Assembly (NCBI GenBank): GCA_949297575.1
Contig: CASFTB010000006.1
Span: 7,908-71,907, forward strand
Length of the DNA: 64,000 nt
Direction: 5' to 3'
Origin: an uncultured Bacillota bacterium
GTDB taxonomy: Bacteria > Bacillota > Clostridia > Christensenellales > Borkfalkiaceae
Position numbers and translations under genes: made by a program
Notes under the pieces: model-generated
Told to the model about the DNA's origin: nothing
Database searches by the model: none
What the model saw: only the letters and a program-made list of their open reading frames with translations
Part shown: one piece after another, positions 8,416-17,487 of the stretch
Numbering within the stretch: position 1 is the first letter of the stretch
How the letters are laid out: every line of letters begins with the position of its first letter

Positions 8416-9358
8416 GGCGCTGCTCCTGCTCGCGTCGGGGTGCGCGTCCGCACTGCTGTGCGCGGCGCTCATCCCCGTCTTGCGGAAGGCAAAGGCGGGG
8501 CAGTATATCCTCGGCTATGTCCGCGAGCACGAGGGGAAGTCGGGCACGCCCACGATGGGCGGGCTCGCTTTCCTGTGCGCGGCGGCGCTCGTCGCGCTCC
8601 CCTTCGGGCTGTATGCGGACAAGCGTGTGCTCGTTGCCGTCACTTTCGGGATCGCTTATGCCGCCGTCGGTTTTCTGGACGACTTTCTCAAAGCGCGCTT
8701 CAGGCGCAACCTCGGTCTCCGCGCTTATCAGAAGGTCGCCTTTCAGCTCGGCATAGCGCTCATCGCGGGGTTTTACTGCTATTTCGGCGGGATGACGACG
8801 CTGCGCGTCCCGTTCTCTTCCGCCGAGCTCGATATCGGGTGGGGCATCGTTCCGCTCGCCGCCTTCGCGTTTGTCGCGACGACGAACTGCGTCAATCTGA
8901 CGGACGGGCTCGACGGGCTTGCCGCGTCCGTCGCCTCCGCCTATTTCGCGGTGTTGGCCGCCCTCATCTTTTCCCTCTCGCCCGCGGAGGATGCGGCCCT
9001 CGCGCGCATGAGCCTCGTGTTGTGCGGGGTTCTCGCGGGCTATCTTCTCTTCAATACCTACCGGGCATCCCTGTTTATGGGGGATACGGGCTCCCTCTCC
9101 GTGGGCGGGTTCGTAGCGGCGCTCTCCGCTTTCAGCGGCAATCTGCTGTACATCGCGGCGGTCGGCGTCATGTTCGTCCTGTCGGGCATATCCGTCATTG
9201 CACAGGTAATATACTATAAACGGACGAAAAAGCGCCTCTTTCTGATGGCGCCGCTGCACCACCATTTTCAGCAGAAGGGCTGTGCCGAAAGCAAGATCGT
9301 GTTCGCGTACACGGCGGTCACTGCGGCGGCGGGGCTGCTCTGCTTGTTGTTCGTCTGA
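8405..9358 (+). CDS. mraY: Phospho-N-acetylmuramoyl-pentapeptide transferase
   Basis: HEGKSGTPTMGG, NCVNLTDGLDGLA and MGDTGSLSVGG. ATG 8405 gives a normal-length N-terminus and overlaps the murE stop. The longest ORF begins at 8264. Confidence 0.92.
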   Translation: MRTEALLLLASGCASALLCAALIPVLRKAKAGQYILGYVREHEGKSGTPTMGGLAFLCAAALVALPFGLYADKRVLVAVTFGIAYAAVGFLDDFLKARFRRNLGLRAYQKVAFQLGIALIAGFYCYFGGMTTLRVPFSSAELDIGWGIVPLAAFAFVATTNCVNLTDGLDGLAASVASAYFAVLAALIFSLSPAEDAALARMSLVLCGVLAGYLLFNTYRASLFMGDTGSLSVGGFVAALSAFSGNLLYIAAVGVMFVLSGISVIAQVIYYKRTKKRLFLMAPLHHHFQQKGCAESKIVFAYTAVTAAAGLLCLLFV

Positions 9359-9372
9359 ATCCGGAGGGAGTT

Positions 9373-10746
9373 ATGTATTTCGGGAATCAAAGATTTTTAG
9401 TAGCGGGCATGTCGCGCAGCGGGTGTGCGGCGTGCGGTTTTCTGCTCGAACGCGGCGCGTCTGTCTGTATGTTTGACGACGTCGATTCCGCCGCCGTGCA
9501 CAGAGCGATGGAGGAACTCTCCGAAAAGGGGGCGCGGGTGCTGCGGCGCGAGGAGCTCTCCGCCGCGGCGGAGAGCTGCGACGTGCTCGTGCTCAGCCCT
9601 GGTATCCCGATAGACCACGAACTGCCCGTCGCCTTCCGCAGGCGAGGGAAGCGGATCATCGGGGAGGCGGAGCTCGGGTGCCGCTATCTCCGCTCTCCCA
9701 TGGTGGCGGTCACGGGGACCAACGGCAAGACGACGACGGTCACCATGCTGTGCGAGATCTTCCGCACGGCGGGAAAGGACTGTTTTGCCTGCGGCAACAT
9801 CGGCGTGCCCGTCACCGCCTGCGTCGAGCGCGGGTATGGAGAGATCGCCGTCGCGGAGATCTCCAGCTTCCAGCTCGAAACGCTCTCCGGCATCCTGCCG
9901 CACATCGCGGTCGTCACCAACATCGCGGAGGATCACCTCGACCGCCATTACAGCATGGAGAATTACATATTCCTCAAATCCAAATTGCTGCGCAACATGC
10001 GGGAGAGCGAATTTGCGGTGCTCAACTACGACGACCCTGCGGTACGAGGCATGGCGAAGGACGCGCGCTGCCCGGTGCGCTGGTTTTCGGTGCGCGAGCG
10101 GACAGACGGCGCCTTTTTCAGCGACGGAGCGCTGTATTTCGAAAACGAAAAAGTGATGGATGCCGCCGACCTCTCGCTGAAGGGAATGCACAACGTGTAC
10201 AACGCGCTCGCCGCCGTCTGTGCGGCAGGGCTGATGGGGGTGCCCGCGGCGGCGATGGCGCAGGCGCTCTCTTCCATGCGCGGCGTGCGCCACCGCATCG
10301 AGAAGGTCGCCGAACGAGGCGGCGTCAGTTTCGTAGACGATTCCAAGGGTACGAATGCGGGCGCGACCATGACCGCCATCGACAGCATGGACGCGGATAC
10401 CGTGCTCCTTCTCGGGGGGAGGGATAAGGGGGAGGACTACGGGCCGCTCTTCGAAAAGATCAGGGGGAGCCGCGTCGTGCACTGCGTGCTGTACGGAGAA
10501 AACCGCTTCAAACTGCTGAATGCCGCCGTGCACGGCAATGAATCGCGCATCACGCTGTGCGTGGACTTTGAGATCGCCGTGCGCGTGGCCGCGATGACGG
10601 CGAAGGCGGGGCAGTGCGTGCTGCTCAGCCCCGCGAGCAGCAGCCTGGATGCCTTTGCCGGGTATGAAGAGCGGGGAGATAGGTTCGTGCAGATCGTGAA
10701 GTCTCTCGGGGAGGCGGCGGATGACGCGTTCGGAAACGTCGGTTGA
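9373..10746 (+). CDS. murD: UDP-N-acetylmuramoylalanine--D-glutamate ligase
   Basis: GGAGGGAG SD. VTGTNGKTTT and DDSKGTN are present, and the gene sits in the conserved dcw position. Confidence 0.95.
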   Translation: MYFGNQRFLVAGMSRSGCAACGFLLERGASVCMFDDVDSAAVHRAMEELSEKGARVLRREELSAAAESCDVLVLSPGIPIDHELPVAFRRRGKRIIGEAELGCRYLRSPMVAVTGTNGKTTTVTMLCEIFRTAGKDCFACGNIGVPVTACVERGYGEIAVAEISSFQLETLSGILPHIAVVTNIAEDHLDRHYSMENYIFLKSKLLRNMRESEFAVLNYDDPAVRGMAKDARCPVRWFSVRERTDGAFFSDGALYFENEKVMDAADLSLKGMHNVYNALAAVCAAGLMGVPAAAMAQALSSMRGVRHRIEKVAERGGVSFVDDSKGTNAGATMTAIDSMDADTVLLLGGRDKGEDYGPLFEKIRGSRVVHCVLYGENRFKLLNAAVHGNESRITLCVDFEIAVRVAAMTAKAGQCVLLSPASSSLDAFAGYEERGDRFVQIVKSLGEAADDAFGNVG

Positions 10747-11851
10747 AGCCGCGTGCCCCGTCCGCCGCGGAGCAGGCTGTCTCGCCATTCCCGTCCTGAC
10801 CGCCGCGCTTGCCGCATTCGGCGTGCTCATGGTTTACTCCGCAAGTTACTATATTGCGGGGCAGCAGTACGGGGACGCCTTCTATTTCATGAAAAAGCAG
10901 CTGATCGGCCTTGTGCTCGGCCTCGCCGCCATGCTCGCGGCGGGTTTTTTTCCGTACGAAAAGCTGAAAAAACTCAAGTGGCCGGCGCTCATCCTTTCCC
11001 TCGCGATGCTCGCGCTCGTCTTTGTGCCCGGCGTGGGGGTGGAAAATTACGGGGCGACGCGCTGGATCGGCGTTGGCCCCGTCACGATCCAGCCCTCAGA
11101 GATCGCGAAATACGGTTTCGTGCTGTTCGCCGCGGCATATGCATCCGAAAGGCCGGAGCGCATGCGCACTTTCCGGGGTATTTTGCCCGTCCTCGCCGCG
11201 GGCGGCGGCATCTGTCTGCTCATCATCGCCGAGCCGAACATGTCCGTCACCCTCTGCGTCGGCGCGGTGCTTCTCATCATGCTTTTTTTGGGCGGGGCAA
11301 AGGCAAGGCACTTGCTCCTGTTGCTTCTCCCCTTCGTCGCTCTCATTCCCGTGCTCGTCATCGCCGAGCCTTACAGGCTGCGCAGGCTGTACGCCTTCCT
11401 CGATCCGTGGAGCGCGCCGCAAGGAGAGGGGTATCAGCTCATCCAGTCCCTGTATGCATTGGGGAACGGCGGCTGGTTCGGCAGGGGGCTGTTCAACTCC
11501 GTTCAGAAATACCGCTATCTGCCCTTTGCGGAATCGGATTTTATCCTGGCGGTCATCGGCGAAGAGTTCGGCTTTGTCGGCATCGTTCTCCTGCTGCTCG
11601 CCTTCGGCGCGCTTATCCTCTTCGGCGTCCGCACCGCGGCCTCCTGCCGCGACCGCTTCGGCTTTTTGCTGGCGGCGGGCATCACGGCGGCTCTCGCCGT
11701 GCAGGTCGCCGTCAACGCGCTCGTCGTCGCGGGCGCCGTCCCTCCCACGGGGCTCCCTCTCCCGCTGATCAGCGCGGGGAACACCTCCCTCGTCTTTACG
11801 ATGGCGGCGCTCGGGGTGCTGTACAACATCTCGCGCGGAACCCGCCGCTGA
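10721..11851 (+). CDS. ftsW: SEDS-family peptidoglycan polymerase FtsW/SpoVE
   Basis: Polytopic protein with MVYSASYY, ...PSEIAKY... and LPLISAGNTSL motifs, positioned after murD. Confidence 0.9.
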   Translation: MTRSETSVEAACPVRRGAGCLAIPVLTAALAAFGVLMVYSASYYIAGQQYGDAFYFMKKQLIGLVLGLAAMLAAGFFPYEKLKKLKWPALILSLAMLALVFVPGVGVENYGATRWIGVGPVTIQPSEIAKYGFVLFAAAYASERPERMRTFRGILPVLAAGGGICLLIIAEPNMSVTLCVGAVLLIMLFLGGAKARHLLLLLLPFVALIPVLVIAEPYRLRRLYAFLDPWSAPQGEGYQLIQSLYALGNGGWFGRGLFNSVQKYRYLPFAESDFILAVIGEEFGFVGIVLLLLAFGALILFGVRTAASCRDRFGFLLAAGITAALAVQVAVNALVVAGAVPPTGLPLPLISAGNTSLVFTMAALGVLYNISRGTRR

Positions 11852-11886
11852 GCGACATCGCCGCGCCCCGCTCAGGAACTTTTTTG

Positions 11887-11941
11887 CCTTCCCCGCCGTA
11901 TGATGAATGCAGGGAAGGTTTTTCCGCATGGCGGATTTTTT
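11887..11941 (+). terminator. Two weak tandem hairpin + T-tract elements between ftsW and murA (possible partial terminator or attenuator)
   Basis: ccttccc/gggaagg (11887-11893 / 11912-11918) followed by T5, then tccgc/gcgga (11923-11935) followed by T6. The stems are short. Confidence 0.3.
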
Positions 11942-12003
11942 ACGGTTCGGACACGGACGGGGCAGCCTGTTCGGCTTTTTCCCGTTCGCGAAAGGAGTAG
12001 ATC

Positions 12004-13257
12004 ATGGAAAAATTTGTCATAGAAGGGGGCAGGCCGCTGTACGGCGAAATAAAAATACAGTCGGCAAAGAACGCCGTGCTGCCGCTGCTCGCCGCCTCCG
12101 TCCTCACCGACGAACGCGTCGTCATCCGCGCCTGCCCGCGCATCGCGGATGTGCTCAACATGGCGCAGATCCTCGCCGAATTGGGGTGCAAGATCACGTT
12201 CGCGGGAGAGGATCTGTACATAGACAGCGCCGACGCGGCCAACCACGAGATCCCGGCGGCGCTCGCGAAGGAGCTGCGCTCCTCGGTGTTCATGCTGGGT
12301 TCGGTGCTGTCGCGCTTCGGCAGGGCGCGCATCGCTTACCCCGGCGGGTGCGATATAGGCCTCCGCCCGATCGACCTTCATCTCTGCGGGCTGCGCAGGC
12401 TCGGGGTGCGCATCGAGGAGGAGGGCGGATACATAAATTGTTCCTGTGGCAGACTGATCGGGGCGGATGTACAGCTGGATTTTCCCAGCGTGGGGGCGAC
12501 GGAGAACATCATGCTCGCCGCGGCAAAGGCGGAGGGAACGACGGTCATCCGCAACGCCGCAAAGGAGCCGGAGATCGCCGACCTGCAGGATTTCCTCAAC
12601 CGCATGGGCGGAAGGGTGTCAGGTGGAGGGACGGCCACGGTCATCGTCGAGGGGGTGCGCTCCCTGCACGGCGCGGAATATACGCCCCTCTCCGACCGCA
12701 TCGAGGCGGGGACCTTCCTTATAGCGTCCGCCATGTGCGGCGGCGAGCTGGTGCTTTCCAACGCGCGCGCGGAGAATGTATCCGCTCTGCTCGATAAACT
12801 TCGCGAAATCAGTTGCAAAATCCATGCGGTTGATGATAAAATATACATAAAGAGCGAGAGGCGCCTTTCCCCGAAACTTGTCGAAACTTCTCCGTATCCG
12901 GGGTTCCCGACCGATCTGCAGGCGCCCATTACCGCCCTCGCCTGTATTTGCGAGGGGTCGACCGTCGTCGTGGAGAATTTATTCGAGACGCGTTTCAAGC
13001 ACGTCCCCGAACTTATCCGCATGGGGGCGGACATCACCGTCCGAGGGCGGAACGCCTTCGTGCGCGGCGTGCCGCGTCTGCACGGGGCGGACGTCTGCGC
13101 GGGAGACCTGCGCGGCGGCGCGGCGCTCGCGCTGGCGGCACTCTCCGCGGAGGGGGCCTCCGCCGTCACCGACCTGCGGTATATCGACAGGGGATACGCG
13201 CAGTTCGAGTATAAACTGCGGGCCGTCGGCGCGCGCATACGCCGGGTGCGCATTTAA
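12004..13257 (+). CDS. murA: UDP-N-acetylglucosamine 1-carboxyvinyltransferase
   Basis: AAAGGAG SD. SAKNAVLPLLAA, the catalytic-loop region PGGCDIGLRPIDLH and FPTDLQAP are present. 417 aa. Confidence 0.95.
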   Translation: MEKFVIEGGRPLYGEIKIQSAKNAVLPLLAASVLTDERVVIRACPRIADVLNMAQILAELGCKITFAGEDLYIDSADAANHEIPAALAKELRSSVFMLGSVLSRFGRARIAYPGGCDIGLRPIDLHLCGLRRLGVRIEEEGGYINCSCGRLIGADVQLDFPSVGATENIMLAAAKAEGTTVIRNAAKEPEIADLQDFLNRMGGRVSGGGTATVIVEGVRSLHGAEYTPLSDRIEAGTFLIASAMCGGELVLSNARAENVSALLDKLREISCKIHAVDDKIYIKSERRLSPKLVETSPYPGFPTDLQAPITALACICEGSTVVVENLFETRFKHVPELIRMGADITVRGRNAFVRGVPRLHGADVCAGDLRGGAALALAALSAEGASAVTDLRYIDRGYAQFEYKLRAVGARIRRVRI

Positions 13258-13283
13258 AGTAAACCAACCGAAGAGGAGAACCA

Positions 13284-14153
13284 ATGCGAAGCAAAAAATT
13301 CGTCATCCTGTATGCGGTCGCCATCTTTCTGATCGTATTTCTCATCACATTCAACTCCGTCTGCGCCATTTCAAGCATCGAGATCTACTACGAAGTGGAC
13401 GGCTCGCGGCTGCAGCTGGCGGAAGAGATACGCGGCGGGCTGGAAGAGCGCTACCTGCGCAAAAATTTCCTCTTCTTCGACGAGGAGGGTGCGGTCAATT
13501 ACGTTTCCGACGAGACGGAGGGTTACTTCGAAGTGACGGAGCTGACCAAGAGTTTTCCCAACCGCATCAGCATGCGTATCCGTGAGAAGTATGAGAACTA
13601 TGCCTTCGTCCGTGAGGAGAAGGGTGCGGACGGCGAGGTCGTGAAGACGACCTATTACGTCATCGGCGATGACGGCACCGTGCTTGCCGTCAAGGACTCC
13701 AACGTAAACAACCTCGTTCCCGAACAGAGCAACATCGAAGTGACGGGCTTTGAATTTTTTGAGCCGGCGGTGGGGGAAGTGTTCGCGGTGGATGCAGGGC
13801 AGACCGCCGCCTACGAGGCACTGCGCGCGCTCGTCGCCGAACTCAACGCGCGCGGGCTGCGCGGCAACATCGAGCGCATCGAATACTTCTCCCTCGGGGC
13901 GAGTGACCCTTCCCGCAATATCGATTACTTCTACATTTACTGCACGGAAGGGGTGCAGATCTGGGTCACGTCTCCCTCCCGCAATGCGGAGATAAAGATC
14001 GCTGAGGCTCTCGATTTGTACGAGGCGCTGGGTGATATCGAGCGCACGTACGGGTATATCGCGGTGAACGATCTCAGGGATCCGGATACGGGCGATTACT
14101 CCGATGTGACCGCGGTATATTCTCCGAATGTGCCCCCGAAAAGCGGCAATTAG
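13284..14153 (+). CDS. ftsQ: FtsQ/DivIB-like division protein
   Basis: N-terminal TM (FVILYAVAIFLIVFLITF) followed by a POTRA-like segment. It lies immediately upstream of ftsA. Sequence similarity is weak. Confidence 0.65.
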   Translation: MRSKKFVILYAVAIFLIVFLITFNSVCAISSIEIYYEVDGSRLQLAEEIRGGLEERYLRKNFLFFDEEGAVNYVSDETEGYFEVTELTKSFPNRISMRIREKYENYAFVREEKGADGEVVKTTYYVIGDDGTVLAVKDSNVNNLVPEQSNIEVTGFEFFEPAVGEVFAVDAGQTAAYEALRALVAELNARGLRGNIERIEYFSLGASDPSRNIDYFYIYCTEGVQIWVTSPSRNAEIKIAEALDLYEALGDIERTYGYIAVNDLRDPDTGDYSDVTAVYSPNVPPKSGN

Positions 14154-14190
14154 CGCCCGGCAGATTTTTCCTGCCGAAAAACTGCGCGAA

Positions 14191-14225
14191 ACTCCCCGAA
14201 AGTATCCTTTCCGGGAGTTTTTTTT
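14191..14225 (+). terminator. Intrinsic terminator after ftsQ, inside the dcw cluster
   Basis: 12-position stem actccccgaaag/ctttccgggagt with one C-C mismatch and loop tatc, followed by T8 (14218-14225). Confidence 0.7.
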
Positions 14226-14226
14226 A

Positions 14227-14255
14227 TTGACAAAAAATGCAAAATACTATATAAT
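14227..14255 (+). promoter_or_regulatory. Consensus sigma-A promoter for ftsA-ftsZ
   Basis: TTGACA (14227-14232), 17 bp, TATAAT (14250-14255), 50 nt upstream of the ftsA start. Confidence 0.75.
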
Positions 14256-14304
14256 AGTGTTTGTATAACAGACAGCATTCCAAAGCGAAGGGTCGGAGAG
14301 GAAA

Positions 14305-15471
14305 ATGAACTGCAGAAGCGTAGCCGTGCTGGACGTTCGTTCGTCCGCCGTGACCGCTCTCGTCGGAGAGCGAGGAGTCAACAATACGTTCGTGTTCCGA
14401 GGTGTCCATACCGAGAAATACGACGGCTTTGCCGATGCGGAATTTTTCGATCTGCAGGGGTTGCAGCGTGCCGTGTTCGCCTGCCTCGGTGCCGTCGAGC
14501 ACGCCTGCGGCAGCAGGATACGCGATATTTATGTCGGCGTCCCGGGGGAATTCGTCAAGGTCGTTACCAAGCGCTGTTTCATGAGCTTCCAGAGCAAGCG
14601 CCGCATCACTCCGTACGATATCGGAGCCCTGTTCGACAACGGCCTGACCGAGCGCGAAAACGGTTTCAGCCTGATCCGCCGCTCCGCGGTCTGTTATTAT
14701 ACGTCGGACAAGCGCCGTACCATCGACCCCGTCGGCATGATCAGCGATTCGCTGGAAGGTTATCTCAGTTATTTTTTCGCCGACGATCGCTTTCTCGATA
14801 TTTTCAGGAACATGCTTTCGGAATACGGGGTACGCAAGTCGGAATTTCTGCCCGTTTCGCTGGCAGAGGCGCTGTATCTCATACCTTCCGAGGCGAGGGA
14901 CGAATACGCGATCCTGCTCGACGTGGACGAAATGTCCATGACCTTTTCCGTCGTCTGCGGGAACGGCATCACCTATCAGAGCGCCTGCTCGGCGGGCGGC
15001 GGCCACGTGACGGCGCAGCTCTACCGCGACGGCGAGACGGACATCCCGTTCGACATCGCCGAGGCGATGATCGGGAAGATCAATCTTTCCAGCAGGGACG
15101 AGGGGGATTCCGTCGTCGAATATGTTGACAAGATGCGCTCGTTCACTCTCCCCATGCGCTTTTTAAAAGACCGCGTGAAGGAGGGGCTCGATCTGCTGTG
15201 CGAGGTGATCAATAAATGCCTCGAACTGTGCGGAGACAGGAACATCGACTACAAGCCTATCCTGCTCACGGGAGGGGGGATCACCGGCATCCGCGGCGCG
15301 CGCGAGCACCTTTCGGGGCGGCTCAACAAGGTCGTCGAGATCATCGCGCCAAATCTGCCTTACTACAACAAAGCGGCACAGAGTTCGCTCTTGAGCCTTT
15401 TAAATATGGCGCTTCAGACAAAGCGCGAAAACAATTTTTTCTACAAATTATTTCACGGAATCGGAGGGTAA
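14305..15471 (+). CDS. ftsA: FtsA-like actin-fold division protein (degenerate phosphate loops)
   Basis: It is collinear with FtsA. It keeps ILLTGGGITGIRGA and a C-terminal amphipathic helix (NNFFYKLFHGI). The phosphate-1 and phosphate-2 loops read LDVRSS and DVDEMSMT. Confidence 0.8.
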   Translation: MNCRSVAVLDVRSSAVTALVGERGVNNTFVFRGVHTEKYDGFADAEFFDLQGLQRAVFACLGAVEHACGSRIRDIYVGVPGEFVKVVTKRCFMSFQSKRRITPYDIGALFDNGLTERENGFSLIRRSAVCYYTSDKRRTIDPVGMISDSLEGYLSYFFADDRFLDIFRNMLSEYGVRKSEFLPVSLAEALYLIPSEARDEYAILLDVDEMSMTFSVVCGNGITYQSACSAGGGHVTAQLYRDGETDIPFDIAEAMIGKINLSSRDEGDSVVEYVDKMRSFTLPMRFLKDRVKEGLDLLCEVINKCLELCGDRNIDYKPILLTGGGITGIRGAREHLSGRLNKVVEIIAPNLPYYNKAAQSSLLSLLNMALQTKRENNFFYKLFHGIGG

Positions 15472-15475
15472 AAGA

Positions 15476-16897
15476 ATGTTTAACAGTTTGGACAGCCTGT
15501 CCGGAGTCGCCAGGATCAAGGTCATCGGCGTCGGCGGTGCCGGCAACAATGCGGTTAACCGCATGATCGAAGCGGGCATCCAGAGTGCGACCTACGTCGC
15601 CGTCAATACAGACAAGCAGATCCTGCTCCTTTCAAAGGCGGAAAACAAGATTCAGATCGGCTCCAACCTCACCAAGGGCCTCGGCGCGGGCGCCGAGCCC
15701 GAAATGGGCAGGGCCGCCGCCGAAGAGGACAAAGAGGCGCTCACCGAGGCGGTCAAGGATACCGACCTTCTCTTTATCACGGCGGGCATGGGCGGCGGTA
15801 CCGGCACGGGCGCGGCGCCCGTCATCGCCAAGATCGCGCGCGATCTCAAGATCCTCACCATCGCCATCGTCACCGAGCCCTTCACGTTTGAGGGCAAAAA
15901 GCGCATGGACAATACGGCGAAGGGCCTCGAAAATCTCAAAAAATATGTCGATACGCTCATCATCATCCCCAACGACAAGATCACGAGCGTCGTTCCCAAA
16001 AACACGCCGATGGTGGAGGCGCTGCGCGTAGCGGACGAGATCCTCAAACAGGGCATCCGCGGCATCGCCGACCTCATCGTCAACCCCGCGCTCATCAACC
16101 TCGACTTTGCCGACGTGCGCACCATCCTCAAAGATCAGGGGCTGGCGCACATGGGCGTCGGCGTGGCGAAGGGCGAAAACAGGATCGTCGAGGCGGTGCG
16201 CCTCGCGGTCAACTGCCCGCTCCTTACCACCACCATCGAAGGGGCAAAGGGCGTCATCCTCAACATCGTCGGCGGCAACGACCTGACCATGGACGAGGTT
16301 CAGACGGCGGCTACCCTCGTGCAGAGCGTGGTCGACTATTCCGCGAACATCATCTTCGGTGCCTGCATCGATACGAACATCAACGACGAGGTCGAAGTCA
16401 CCGTCATCGCGACCGGCTTCCCCAGCGTGGAAAATATGTATAACCCGAAGGACGAGCGTAACGTATCCAGCCGCAACTTCTTTGTCAACCGCGGTCTGCC
16501 CGAGCGCCCCGGAGAAGAGGCGCCCGCCCGGCAGCCCGTTCCGCAGGCTTCGCCCTCATATGTCCGCACGCCCATGAACAATACGATGCGCGGACAGCAG
16601 CCTCCCGTTTACAGGCAGCCCTATCAGCAGCAGTATGAGCAGGGCAGGATGCAGTATCAGCAGCAACAGGCACAGCAGTACCAGCAGGCGCCGCAGTACC
16701 AGCAGCCTGCTCCGCAGCCGCAGTATGTACAGCCCGCGCAGCAGCAGTACGACCGTCAGGCGCCGCAGTACCAGCAGCCCGCACAGCAGCAGGCGCAGTA
16801 TGTGCAGCCCGGCCAGCCGCAGCAGCCCGCGCAGCAGCCGCAGCAGGCAGAGAAGGAGCTGCCCACGTTCGTGCAGCGCCTGTTCAAAAAGAGATAA
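15476..16897 (+). CDS. ftsZ: Cell division GTPase FtsZ with a long Gln/Pro-rich linker
   Basis: GVGGAGNNAV and GMGGGTGTGAAPV, plus a C-terminal peptide ELPTFVQRLFKKR. 473 aa. Confidence 0.97.
   Translation: MFNSLDSLSGVARIKVIGVGGAGNNAVNRMIEAGIQSATYVAVNTDKQILLLSKAENKIQIGSNLTKGLGAGAEPEMGRAAAEEDKEALTEAVKDTDLLFITAGMGGGTGTGAAPVIAKIARDLKILTIAIVTEPFTFEGKKRMDNTAKGLENLKKYVDTLIIIPNDKITSVVPKNTPMVEALRVADEILKQGIRGIADLIVNPALINLDFADVRTILKDQGLAHMGVGVAKGENRIVEAVRLAVNCPLLTTTIEGAKGVILNIVGGNDLTMDEVQTAATLVQSVVDYSANIIFGACIDTNINDEVEVTVIATGFPSVENMYNPKDERNVSSRNFFVNRGLPERPGEEAPARQPVPQASPSYVRTPMNNTMRGQQPPVYRQPYQQQYEQGRMQYQQQQAQQYQQAPQYQQPAPQPQYVQPAQQQYDRQAPQYQQPAQQQAQYVQPGQPQQPAQQPQQAEKELPTFVQRLFKKR
16685..16810 (+). 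repeat. Imperfect 72-75-nt tandem duplication inside the ftsZ linker
   Basis: The identical 23-mer caggcgccgcagtaccagcagcc occurs at 16685-16707 and 16757-16779. cagtatgt[a/g]cagccc occurs at 16721 and 16796. Confidence 0.8.
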
Positions 16898-16925
16898 ACG
16901 GCACGCAGATCGCCGCACAGCAAAC

Positions 16926-16967
16926 AAAAAAAGAGGACCGCTTCTAAGGAAACGGTCCTCTTTTTTC
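16926..16967. terminator. ftsZ terminator (symmetrical A-run / T-run, potentially bidirectional for spoVG)
   Basis: gaggaccg/cggtcctc stem (16933-16940 / 16953-16960), flanked by A7 and T6. Confidence 0.85.
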
Positions 16968-17063
16968 TCCGAAGAGAGGGTCTTTACGAATGAGCCGATC
17001 GGATGAGGGGTGCGGCGGGGTGCAAGCGTGAATGTATTGCAGGCAGATGCTTGGGGGTGGATC

Positions 17064-17333
17064 TTATTCCGCTTTTGCCAGCTCGTCGTTGTAAGCGGCA
17101 AGTATTGCGTTTTTCAGTTCTTCGCGGGTCTCGGTATTCAGGGGGTGGGCAATATCTTTAAATTCTCCGTCGTTCGTTTTGCGGCTCGGCATGGCGATGA
17201 AGGGCCCTTCGTTCCCTTCGATCACCTTGATGTCGTGAACGACGAAACAATCGTCGATCGTGATCGATGCGACCGCTTTCAACTTACTGTCATCCTTTTT
17301 AACGAATCTGATTCGCACGTCTGAAATTTTCAA
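17064..17333 (-). CDS. spoVG: Septation/sporulation regulator SpoVG
   Basis: (M)[51 protein letters not shown] is the SpoVG signature. TTG start at 17333 lies 7 nt after AAGGAGGT. The longest ORF reaches 17354. Confidence 0.93.
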   Translation of the reverse strand: MKISDVRIRFVKKDDSKLKAVASITIDDCFVVHDIKVIEGNEGPFIAMPSRKTNDGEFKDIAHPLNTETREELKNAILAAYNDELAKAE

Positions 17334-17374
17334 TTTTCCAACCTCCTTATGCAACAGCGTTCATTCGTAACTAC

Positions 17375-17403
17375 ATTCTACTATATATTTTTCAAATTTT
17401 CAA
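17375..17403 (-). promoter_or_regulatory. Putative sigma-A promoter of spoVG
   Basis: On the minus strand: TTGAAA (17398-17403), 17 bp, TAGAAT (17375-17380). Confidence 0.6.
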
Positions 17404-17487
17404 TAGTCTACTGAAAATTTTTTCGTAAAATTTCAAAAAAGCTTAAAATAAAGCAAAATATTTCGCATTTCGGCATATATTTATGCC

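Noticed and set aside
6073-8472. 799-aa minus-strand ORF
   Set aside because: It is antisense to the PBP, murE and mraY, all of which have clear catalytic motifs. It shows the same Arg/Ala/Gly-rich composition and has no SD or promoter.
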